Source: Sphaerodactylus townsendi (lineage: Eukaryota). From it: DNA of 64,000 bases. Positions 23,430 through 33,923 of the stretch are shown piece by piece. Below the pieces are notes generated by a model. It did no database searches, was not told where the DNA came from, and saw only the letters and a program-made list of their open reading frames with translations. The translations under genes were made by a program, and so were the position numbers. The stretch covers positions 24,428,001 through 24,492,000 of the forward strand of contig NC_059429.1 of NCBI RefSeq assembly GCF_021028975.2. The letters run 5' to 3'. Every line of letters starts with the position of its first letter. Position 1 is the first letter of the stretch.

Positions 23430-23960
23430 GTTTTATTTCGCGCCGCCACCCACCTGCGATGGCTGCAATGCCCAGCCCCAGACGCCGCCCCTCGGCTCCT
23501 GGGGAAGAAAGAGGCGGTGCAGGAGGCAGCCTCTGCCCGGGGCGGCGAGGAAGTGAGCTCACCCAGCCGACCGGCAATAGCAAAGCAGAGGGCCGTGGTG
23601 CCACTGCGCGTAACGGTGCTGCCCGGCTGGTTGGCGTGCGCCCTGCGGCATGGCGAGCTCTCGTGTGCCCTGGCTGTGTTGCTGCCTGTGCTTGGTGGTG
23701 CTGGGCGCCCAGGCGCACGCCGGCCAGCCGAGGCCCCGGGAGGGCGGGGAAGAAGCGTCCGGGTCGGCCCTGCTGGGTGCCCAGCCCTACGAGCGGCTGC
23801 AGGAGCACTTGGGCACTGTCCGCGCCCTTTCCAAGCGGTACTGGCGGGCGCTGGCCTGCGGGTTGTGGCAGCAGGAGTGCGAGAGGGAGGAGGAGGAGGA
23901 AGACGAAGAAGAGGGAGCGGAGGAGGAAGGCGAAAGCGAGACGGTCCGGGAAAAGCAAGG
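23430..23960 (+). promoter_or_regulatory. TOR3A: CpG-island promoter and first exon of TOR3A
   Basis: High GC and CpG density; GC boxes (ccgccc at about 23486) and an ETS-type GGAAGT at about 23549 upstream of the ATG. Confidence 0.75.
23650..23959 (+). CDS. TOR3A: Torsin-3A, coding exon 1 (signal peptide and acidic tract)
   Basis: ATG at 23650 (ggcATGg) in a CpG island; MASSRVPWLCCCLCLVVLG...ERLQEHLGTVRALSKRYW resembles the TOR3A N-terminus; donor CAAG|GTCAGA, phase 1. Confidence 0.9.
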
Positions 23961-24691
23961 TCAGAATTGCTGGGGGTTTGTTGCTGTTTCTGTTTCTCTT
24001 CACGAGACTGCTTAGTCACACGTTACCGTTGTAGAGAAGGGAAGGAGGATATTCAGGCTGCTTTTCAGCATTTAGAGGCGTTTGCTAAGGAATATTTTAT
24101 TTATTTATTTATTGAGTTTTATATACCGCCCTACCCCCCAAAGGGCTCTGGGCGGTGAACAACATAATTATACAACATACAATTAAAAACCCATTAAAAG
24201 AAACACAGCGGTCCGCATAATAAAACAGCGTCAGCAATAAAATTCTTATTAAAACCCTCCCAAAGTGGGGGGGAAGGGTCCCATGGATGGTAAAGGGACC
24301 CCAAACACAGGAGACTAAAGTGACAACCTGCCTGCCTCCCTCCGTGGGGTGTAATCCAGCATTAGAGACTGTTTGACATTTGCCCCGAAACGAGCCACTA
24401 AAACTCTGGAGTGGGTGTGGAGAGTCAGTGGCACTTTTTGATGGAAATACTGTCTGCAAACACAAATTGAGCTCTCCAGAGCAAGAAGGGTTTCAGACTT
24501 GCATGCACGTTTCCTCACTGATATATTATTATTACTGTAGCGAAACCTGTACTTAAAATGTGTATTCCTTTTAATGTAGGCTAAATTGGAACAGTCCATG
24601 CCAGCATTTCAGAGCTCTTTCTCCTTCAGGTTTAGATCCTTAGTTTGAGACTGAGGGGAAAATGTGCTTGCGTCCCTTGCTTCGGCTCATA

Positions 24692-24832
24692 GGCCCCTTC
24701 CGCATGTGCAGAATAATGCACTTTCAATCCATTTTCACAACTGTTTGCAAGTGGATTTTGCTATTCCGCACAACTGCAAAGTGCATTGAAAGTGGACTGA
24801 AAATGCATTATTCTGCATGTGCGGAAGGGGCC
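24692..24832. mobile_element. Palindromic PIF/Harbinger-like MITE; relatives at 49997-50136 and 11698-12179 (the last interrupted)
   Basis: TIR ggccccttccgca..tgcagaataatgca; superfamily inferred from GG-starting TIRs and 3-bp flanks. Confidence 0.7.
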
Positions 24833-25320
24833 CGAGTCTGTTGCAGCAGAAGTAGGCAAGAGGCCAGTGGTGCAAACAACATGTGCTCCCACAGCTTTCC
24901 TGAGACAGAGCACTTTTAAACAGACACCTGGCTGGGGAGTTTAGCGCTGTTTTACAGTGTTCATTCTTACTGTGCAGCTCATTTTGTTTTGTGCTGTGTT
25001 TTCTGCATAGGTTTGATACATAACGTTGGGTGTTTTAATAGCAAGATCACAACAAATCACATTAAGTTGGCCTCTGAGGACAGGTCTGCAGAAACGGACT
25101 GAGGGTGTTCCCAACTGCAACCACATTGAAATTTAAGGGACAAGTAGAAACAAACTCCAAGCTTTACCACATTATGCAGTCCAACTGTTCTTAGTTATTT
25201 GAATATAGTGCTTCCTAGTGAAACTTTGATGAAGGTGGTGTAGTTCTTGTCAGGTTGCAATTGATGGTTTGGGAAGCTGTTTTGAGTGCTGTTTTCTTTG
25301 AAAGGAGACTGAGAAAAGAT

Positions 25321-25577
25321 GTATTGTTGAAGACTTTCATGGCCAGAATCAACCGGCTGTTGTGGGTTTTCCAGGCGATGTGGTTGTGGTCTGCTAGTCA
25401 TTGCTCCAAACTTTTTGCCTGAATCGATAGCTGCCATATTCAGAGGCATGTCATGGTAAGATGTGTTTCTCTCTTACTAAGACATGCCTCTGAAGATGCC
25501 AGCCACAGGTGCAGGTAAAACGTTGGAAGCAAAGACTACCAGACCACAGCCATACAGCCTGGAAAACCCACAACAGT
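25321..25577. mobile_element. Penelope-derived foldback element in TOR3A intron 1
   Basis: Inverted arms around the spacer taagatgtgtttctctctta; similar along its length to 6816-7055. Confidence 0.8.
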
Positions 25578-25941
25578 CAGAGACTGGCCAGAGGCAGCGT
25601 GGTGTAGCTATTAAGATCAGGTGGACTCTAATCTGGAGAACCGGGTTTGAGTTCACACTTCTGAGCAGCGGAGCCTTATCTGGTAAACCAGATTTGTTTC
25701 CCCTTGACTAAATGCCTTCCAGGTGACCTTGGGCTAGTCCCAGTTGGTTCAGAACTCTTTCAGCCCCACTTACCTCACAAGGTGTCTGTTGTGGGGAAAA
25801 GAAGGGATGGTAAGCCCCTTTGAGCCTCCTCACAGCAGAGAAAGGGGAGTATAAATCCAAACTCTTCTTCTCAAACTCTTATAAAGAAAAGTCAATTCCC
25901 AGAGGCTTCTTAACTTCAGCTTATTTTGATCTTACCTACCA

Positions 25942-26330
25942 CCAGAGGTGGGATCCAGCAGGTTCTCACAGGTTCCCGAGAGTAGGTTACTAATTATTTG
26001 TGTGTGCCGAGAGGGGGTTACTAATGGGTGATTTTGCCACATGATTTTTGCCTTAGTTACGCCCCTCCTCTCAGCAGTAGCGCGCAGAACTTGAAGCAGT
26101 CTAGCAGGAGGTGCAGCGGCATGCGTGGCAGCCTGCGCCTGCGTGCGTTCGTTTCCCACCCAAGGACCGTCGCAGCATCTGCGTCCTTGCCACAGCCCCA
26201 CCCAGGAATGCCCCGCCCCCGGAATGCCCAGCCATGCTCCCGTCGTGCCCCGCCCAGCCCCATTGGCGCTACGCCACAGTTTGAATCCCACCACCATGGG
26301 AACCTGTTACTAAAAATTTTGGATCCCTAC
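25942..26330. mobile_element. hAT-like MITE
   Basis: caga(g)gtgggatcc start and ggatccc end; cctaccac on both flanks; right end degenerate. Confidence 0.6.
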
Positions 26331-26901
26331 CTACCACCTGTGAGCTAGCATCATCTTCAGATTTGCAGTGTCATCCTAAGCAGAACTACACTGAAGTGAG
26401 TGGGTTCAGAAGGGAGTAACTCTGCTTCGGATGGTGCTGTGAATCTGCTTCCATTGTAGAATGAAGTAATAGACTCTTGAATGGGTACGCTATATCCCAC
26501 TATGTGAAGCTGCAGGTGGAGAAGGTAAGTTTTCCGTCCTCCTTCACATGGATCCTGGGATGCTTGGGAGAAAGGCAGGTGTACAGATATTTAGAGCAAA
26601 TCCATAAGAACATAAAAAGAATCCCATAAGGTTAGGCCAGTGGTGCCAACCTGTTACTCTGGTGGAACACAGGGAGTCGAGGCACACACCTTCCCCTGAT
26701 GCTGCCTCCCGGCACTGGTATTCAGAGGTTTGCTGCCTCTGAATATGGAAGTTCTGTTAACTGACCAGCAACCACTGATGGAAATCTTCTGCATGAAACT
26801 GTCCAATCCCCCTCTAAAGCTTTAAATAGTGGTCATCACTATTTTCACTGGCAGTTAATTCCACATTTTAATCATTCTTTGGGTAAAGAAATGTTCTTTT
26901 C

Positions 26902-27067
26902 ATTGTCAAAGGCTTTCATGGACAGAATCACTAGGGTGTTATGGGTTTTCCGGGTTGTATGGCCGTGTTCCAGTAGCATATTCTATGCCAGCCACAGATG
27001 CAGGCAAAACGTCAGGACAGAATGCTACTGGAACACGGCCATACAACCCGGAAAATATGCAACACCC
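26902..27067. mobile_element. Penelope-derived inverted pair in TOR3A intron 1
   Basis: ttttccgggttgtatggccgtgttccagtagcat versus atgctactggaacacggccatacaacccggaaaa. Confidence 0.75.
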
Positions 27068-27251
27068 AAATATTATTTTTGTCTGTCCTGAATCTTATTC
27101 ATTTTGTCCCTTCTGAATTTGGAATCTGAACCAATTTTGTAAGATTTGTGAATGTGCAAGAGAGGGGGAAGACATAAGGTCCAGTCTTCATCCGTGAGTG
27201 AAAGGGTGATTTGCTTCTTTCTTTTTCAACATGGGGTTGACTGTCTTCTAG

Positions 27252-27353
27252 GGTGGCACCTGCCTGTTATGAGTGAGATCCTCTCCAGCGTGTACTGCAG
27301 CTTCGGCAGATGTTGTGCAACGGGAGACTGCAGGGTGACCAACAACATCACAG
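27252..27353 (+). CDS. TOR3A: Torsin-3A, coding exon 2
   Basis: ttctag| acceptor; GWHLPVMSEILSSVYCSFGRCCATGDCRVTNNIT; |gtaaag donor; phases compatible with neighbouring exons. Confidence 0.93.
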
Positions 27354-27778
27354 GTAAAGGATACTCTCCAGAAGGTGTGGAATAGCCCCAACCCTCCTCC
27401 TACATTAGGCTGTTCTAGGTAGCACAGGCTGAATCCCTAAGTATAGTTCCATGGGAATAAGCCCGACGGTATAAAATGGGATTTAGTTCTGGGAACCTCC
27501 TGAAGAGAGCTTCCGGATCTCCCACGGTCATGAAAATATGGCTAAAGTTAATCATGACTGTGACCCGTCAGAATCAAGGAGGCAAGTTAATTACAGATAA
27601 TTTATTCCTTTGCGTTCAGCTTAGTTTGGCCAGCTTTGATTGGATTGGGGCCAAGAGGGAGAAAAGAAAAAAGCTCTCATGTAAAATTCCATGAAGGGCT
27701 GGGATTTTTATTGCAACTGGGCACAGATTCTTTTTGCACGCTCCAAGTCCTCCAGTAGACAAACATAACATCATATTA

Positions 27779-28023
27779 CCGTGTTTCCCCGAAAATAAGA
27801 CAGTGTCTTATATTAATTTTTGCTCCCAAAGATGCACTATGTCTTATTTTCAGGGGATGTCTTATTTTTCCGCTCCACAGCTGCATGCTTTGGTCAACAG
27901 GCATGCTTCCAAACAAAAACTTTGCTATGTCTTACTTTCGGGGGATGCTTTATATTAAGCACTTCAGCAAAACCTCTATGACGTCTTATTTTCAGGGGAT
28001 GTCTTATTTTCAGGGAAACAGGG
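27779..28023. mobile_element. Tc1/mariner superfamily (Tc2/Kanga-like) MITE; relatives at 48913-49144 and 59739-60060
   Basis: TIR cc(g/c)tgtttccc..aaaataagaca, TA target duplication, internal ataagacatcccc repeats. Confidence 0.85.
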
Positions 28024-28025
28024 TA

Positions 28026-28306
28026 GGTAAAGGCAAGGTAAAAGGGGTCACCTGTGCAAGCACTGAGTCATTACTGACCCATGTGGTGACATCACATCAT
28101 GACGTTTACTAGGCAGACTGTGTTTATGGGGTAGATTGCCATTCCTTTCTTCAACCATCCAACCATCCTTTCTCCAACTTGACCCCCAAACTTGGAAGGA
28201 TGGACAGCTGATTCAACCTTGAGCCAGCTACCTGAAACTGACTTTTGTTGGGTTGAAATTCAGGTCATGAGTAGAACTTTTGGCTGCCATTTACCACTCT
28301 ATGCCG
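28026..28306 (-). mobile_element. Sauria SINE-like element
   Basis: ggtaaagg tail remnant; ggaaggatggacagctgattcaaccttgagcc body. Confidence 0.65.
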
Positions 28307-29136
28307 TGGGAACTGTATGTTGTGTGTTCTTGCACACAAAGATAAAGTTCTGTATTCTGCTATACCCTGTATTCTGCAGCAAGAGAAGCTGGATTCTACA
28401 ACTTGTAGGAATTACGTACATTTCAAATGCAGCCTGAGTTTATGATTTTGCTGAATTTATTCTTCTTGGAAGTTCAGTCTTGCTGTGCTTGTGCCTTAGG
28501 ACTCACCAGGCCAGCAGGCCGGGACCAGCCCAAGATGCAGTTTTGATTTGTTTATTAGCTTGTTAGTTTATTTAGATAGTAGGGTTGTTTTGTGGGTTTT
28601 TTGGTAAGATGCTTTGAGTGTTCTGGGGGAGGAAAGCTGGGTATACATACTTGAATAGAAATCAGGAGGAACAGTGGCCCTTTACAGGAGATCTTATGTA
28701 GCTGCCCTTCTGATCTGAGACAACCATAAACATACTTTCCTATCCGTAATGGTGAGAAATTCGCTCTTTAAAATTAGTTTTTTAAGAAGCTGGGGAAGCG
28801 GGAAGCTGCAGCCTACGTTATATAAATAGGGGATGATGATCACCACCTACCTCACAGGGTGTTTGTTGTGAGGGGGGAAGGGCAAGGAGATTGTAAGCCC
28901 CTTTGAGTCTCCTGCAGGAGAGAAAGGGGGGATATAAATCCAAACTCTTCTTCTTCTTCTACCAAAATGAATCTTGTAGGAGGCAGGGCTGTTCATTCTT
29001 TCCCTGGTTTCCACAGCTCTGATTTCATGGAATGAACTCCTAACAATGATGCCTTTTTTTCTTCGCTGTGTGCTTCCGCTCTCAACTGCGGGCAATAGGC
29101 TTACAGTATTCCTTCCCCTTCTCCTCTTTTGTATAG

Positions 29137-29402
29137 GATTGGAGCTGGATCTTAGCAGGCGACTTCACGGACAACATTTGGCAAGAAATGTGGTTCTGAA
29201 AGCGGTTCAAGGCTTCCTGGAGACTCCTCAGCCAGAAAAAGCCCTGGCCCTTTCCTTCCACGGCTGGTCTGGTACTGGCAAGAATTTTGTGGCCCGGCTA
29301 ATAGCGAAACACCTTTACCGCGATGGCCTCAAGAGTGAATGTGTCAAGGTCTTCATCTCGCTATTCCACTTCCCCCATCCAACGTATGTGGACTCGTATA
29401 AG
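29137..29402 (+). CDS. TOR3A: Torsin-3A, coding exon 3 (Walker A GWSGTGKN)
   Basis: LELDLSRRLHGQHLA...KALALSFHGWSGTGKNFVA...FHFPHP; torsin-type GKN Walker A; AG/GT boundaries. Confidence 0.97.
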
Positions 29403-30138
29403 GTGAGATGTGTTTTTGACAGAGGCAAATTGTCAAGAATGCACAGGAAGCTACAGATGAGGACAAATGATGAGTGAGAACTTCCTTAACATTATTATTC
29501 AATAATTGAATCCTGGCCTTCCTGCAATTAATACAGTATAAGCACCTTCCACTTATGGGGGAAGGGACGTCCCATTCTTCCTTCCCTTACTGGTCCCTGT
29601 TGGTCTGATGTAAGTGGCCAGATGATCGATGAAGGTGGTTCAACTAGGAGTAGAAAGCATGATGGACAGACTTGCCTCACCAAGTCTCCTTCCTTCCCAG
29701 CAGGCAGTTGGGGGTGGGGTTGAGAATAAAGTGGTCAAACCCCCCTCCTCCCCACCAGGTTACCTGGCCAGTTGTGGTAGAGTAGACTTGGAGCAGAAAG
29801 TATGCAGAAAGACAACTGCGGTCAGATTGTTATTGACATTTCACAACACTCATGAGATCTCAGCATTTTCTGTTTGAGTTCACATCATTTCTATGTTTCG
29901 AGATTTTTGGAAATCCTTCTGCATTTTTTAAAAGTTTCAGGATTTTTATGCAAACCTAGGCATCCCACATTTGCAGAAACTCCTCTTGTTGTACCTGACT
30001 CAACATGTGGAGCATTTGAACTGTACTCTGGGGCCTGTTCAGGAATAAATGTATAGATTCAGTCTTGCTACCTGTTGCATCTGCTCTGTGTGTCATTTCC
30101 CACTTTGTAACTCACACCTGCTCCATCTGTCTACTCAG

Positions 30139-30314
30139 GTCCAACTAGCGAAGCAGATCAGTGAGACGGTGCGGCTATGTCAGCAGTCACTCTTCATCTT
30201 TGATGAGGCCGAAAAACTTCATCCCAGCCTCCTAGATGCCATCAAACCCTACCTGGATCATTATGACAGTGTTGATGGTGTAGATTACCGGCAGTCCATC
30301 TTTTTATTCCTGAG
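30139..30314 (+). CDS. TOR3A: Torsin-3A, coding exon 4 (Walker B IFDEAEKL)
   Basis: ctcag|VQLAKQISETVRLCQQSLFIFDEAEKLHP...SIFLFL|gtaaat. Confidence 0.96.
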
Positions 30315-31851
30315 GTAAATTTTTTGTTTAAAAGGTTTAAGGTCATAGAAGGGTTTAGAAGTCTGATTGCACAAGAAGGGGCAGTGTCTTGTCCAAAATC
30401 TAGAGACAATTATCTAGAGACTTTATTTCACAAGAGCCTTTTTCCTCAAGGGAAGATGGTAATTACTGGGAAAGGCATTGTTAGTGGAATGGATCTACGG
30501 GGCTGAACCCAGTGCTTCTGGTGGAAAGAATCCATGCAATTAAACCCTGCTTTCTCCCTCTCCCCTTTTATCCTTCCTTCTTTGTAAAATTGTGGGGGGG
30601 GGGGAGTAAGTTGCTCCAACCTTGGTTAATGTTGTAGTGTCATCTGTATTTTATTTATTAAATGATCTATTTTTCCTTTATTATTTTATATGCTATTTTA
30701 GGAAATTGTGTCCTATGAGTATGTTGTAAGCAGCTCTGAGCCCACTTTGAGAGGAGAGAGCAGGATATTAAACCAAATACATAATAATGATGGTGATCAT
30801 GTATCCAGTTCAACTTGTTTTTAAAATAAAGAGGCTGTGTTATGGAATTGTGAACCAATTGTGCTTTATAAGCGTTTTGTTATTCTGGATTCTTTTACCT
30901 CCTTTTTGTTTTGGGGACCATAGGAAGATTCTCATATTTGTATGTTAGATTCCTTGTTCTGCACAAACTATCCTCTTCCGATTTTCTTGTTTGACTTGCT
31001 CAGTTCACCATCTCCTGCCCTCTTGATATTTCTGGGATCCCTGCCAATTCTCTTGATCTTTTGCTGACTTTTGAACGAGTTGGAGTAGGGCCAGATCTTA
31101 TCACAACTTAAGCATTTCCTGCACACACACACAACTGGGACATACTGCTGTGTACATAACCTTGATGCACACCTACTGAGTGCAGAGCAGGGTGGATCAA
31201 ACTTTTTGCTCAAGAGCCTCTGGTTTCTCCCCCTGGTGGGTGGAAGCCTGCTACCCCATCACCTGTGCTTCCCCACTGACAGCTGCCCCATCTTCTGTAT
31301 CCTATTCATGCCCCATTGCAACCAGACTGGGGGTGTGGAATGTTAAAAGAAGGATGCAAGGAACAGATCACTTAAGAAGTCTTTGGGAAGCTCTCAGTCC
31401 AGAGCTACTTAAAAAGTTGCTGTATTAATATCACAACCAGCTAGCTTCAGTTTCTTTTGCAAGCTGGTTCTTTTCCCCTGCTTCCTAGGGTGGCTGGGTG
31501 TCTGACTAAAATCCTAGAGTAAGGCATGCCTCCTGCAGCTGGGATGAGTGGTAGAGAGAGGAAAGCATTGTTTTTGGGGGAAAGTGTTTGTTCTAATAGG
31601 GAACAGGTCATCATGAGCTAGAGGATGGGCTATATTTCCACAGCCAGTGGCTGTCTTTCCCTCTTCTCTGTTCTGTTTTTAGGGTGGCAGGTCTGGGCAA
31701 TTGGTCTGCTTTTAGTTTTTTTGTGAGGAAGCTGAGAGAAGTTGCTTGTTATGGTGCCACTGGATCCTACTGTTCCAGGTTCCCTGGAAAGGTGGCACAA
31801 TTCTTCCCCCACCCCCAAATTTTTTTTGCTCTTTTCACTTCTGCTTTTCAG

Positions 31852-31976
31852 TAACACTGGAGGCAACATCATCAATGAAGTAGCCTTACACTTCTGGCGA
31901 GCCGGTCGAACCCGAGAGGAAATCACCATGGAGCATTTAGAACGCTACCTGAGGATGGAGCTGCTAGACTCCGCAG
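31852..31976 (+). CDS. TOR3A: Torsin-3A, coding exon 5 (sensor 1 region)
   Basis: ttttcag|(S)NTGGNIINEVALHFWRAGRTREEITMEHLE...|gtaaga. Confidence 0.96.
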
Positions 31977-33339
31977 GTAAGATGCTCTGCAGGTGTTTCT
32001 CATGTACTATCACTGTTCCAGCTTATGGGGACTAGAAAGCAATTTCTTGCTTTGCTAGGAGAGAAAAACAGTACATGTGTACACAGTGCTGTGGATTGGG
32101 CTTAAGCTGCTAACATGAAGCACATGTATTAATTCCTACCCTGCTTTACAGATGATTGTCTTGGAATATATATGTGGATTGGCAGGCCAGGACTGGCTGT
32201 GATTTCCTGTCAGGCAAATATCACTGTTGCTACATGAGGAACTGTGTTTCTGTATGCACAGAAGGCAGCAGGCATTTGCTACTGCAGCCAGCATAATTTT
32301 TTACTATTTTCAAAATGTGGACTATAAGCCTCTTGGGACAGGGAAATCTGTGTCTTTAGCTGTCAGGATTTTGAAATGCAACACATGGACTGATGGTGCT
32401 GTGAAAACAACAGCTTTCCAACCAGTGGCGTAGTGCCAATGGGATGGGGATGGGGGGTGGTACGCCCCGTGCGCGTGCCGGTGCATGGGCAGGGCAGGAC
32501 ATGGGGTGCACATGTGCCCCTGGCGCCATTCCCCCTCGCTCTGCCCGTTTCCAACCCAGTGAGCAAAGCAACTACGACCAAATGCCCCATCAGCCATCTT
32601 TTCTGTAGCTTTTGACTAAAGTCTCTGGGAATCAAAATGTGCAATACCATAGACCTCCACCAGAGCCCGCTGTTATTATTTGCGACAATCAAGGTACATG
32701 ACCCTTAGGGAATTCAACACAATAGATCCCTGCCCCAAGAAACTTACAATCTATAATGGTACACAACAGCGAGATATACAATCTCCAGTGTGCTGTACAC
32801 TGAGACGCTCAGGTTCAAATCCCCACCACTCTGACGTGGTGATCTTGTGATAGTTACCTTCTTTGTACTCCCTCACAGGGTGGTTGTAGTGAGGATATAG
32901 TAAAGGAGGGAAGCACAAAGTAAGCCTCTTGGAGTCCTCCATTGGGAACACAGTCTGTTGAATCTGAATGTCCCTCAAGTGTGGGGCTAGAGCTAGATTC
33001 ACCAAATCTATTGAATAATGGATAGCTCTGCAGAAACTGTCTACACATTTAGAATCATAAGGACTGGATTTTTGCTTGTGCACAAACTGTGCTTTCTTGG
33101 AGACATATTCTGAACATGCGCCCCACTTCACGTACAGTTTTGTAATTCCTTGTATTCTTATTACCTGCCATCAAGCCATTCCCCTACTTCTGCACCCCAG
33201 ATTGTACAAGTTCTGGAAATATGTCTTTGGAATGAAGCATGGAAAAATATCATTAGAACATCAAATCTGGATTCTTTGGAAAGAAGTGGCAATGTCAGCA
33301 TGTGTAGCCTGTATCACGTATACTTTGTGTTGTTTTCAG

Positions 33340-33590
33340 GTGATGGTTCTGCTCACAACTGCCTTCTAAAAGAGAACCTGATTGACTTCCTGGTGCCGTT
33401 CCTACCCCTGGAGCATCGTCACGTGAAGCTGTGTGCTCGGGATGCCTTCTTGGCCCGGAACCTACCCTTCACTGAGGAGGCGCTGGACGAGGTTGCAAGG
33501 ATGATGGTGTTTGTTCCCAAAGAGGAAGAGCTCTTCTCCGTCCAAGGTTGCAAATCAGTCTCCCAGCGTATAAACTACTTCCTCCCCTGA
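33340..33590 (+). CDS. TOR3A: Torsin-3A, last coding exon (GCK sensor 2, stop)
   Basis: LLKENLIDFLVPFLPLEHRHVKLCARDAF...QGCKSVSQRINYFLP*; the six exons sum to 1230 nt = 409 aa plus stop. Confidence 0.97.
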
Positions 33591-33875
33591 CTGTGTCTCG
33601 GTTTTACTGCCCATAAATGCTGCAGTGCAACCAGTTCTACTTCCTCTTGCACAAGGGCTAGCTAAGATACAGTGCACTATGAGAGGATATTAAATCTCCC
33701 TGTGAACTGGGGGCTGTCAGGCTGGAAGAAACCAATATGAGTTGCAGGACTCATATTGGAGGAGTTTTTAACAGGTTCACAACTGTGTAGCTGGAATCTA
33801 CACTAATGGTACTGTCAAAGAGACAGTGACAAGTATAATTTTGAGGATCACAGGATTGTTACTTTGGGCCTTTTG

Positions 33876-33923
33876 TGCTGAATAAAGAGCAGAGATAAAA
33901 TTTGCTGAATAAAGAGCAGAGAT
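33876..33923 (+). terminator. TOR3A: Candidate TOR3A poly(A) signals (AATAAA at 33881 and 33908); a further AATAAA at about 35150
   Basis: Two AATAAA about 300 nt after the stop, produced by a 21-nt direct duplication tgctgaataaagagcagagat. Confidence 0.5.

Noticed and set aside
23459-23959. Upstream ATG in good context opening an out-of-frame ORF that overlaps TOR3A exon 1
   Set aside because: It lies among the GC-box and ETS promoter motifs and so is probably upstream of the transcription start; no evidence it is transcribed
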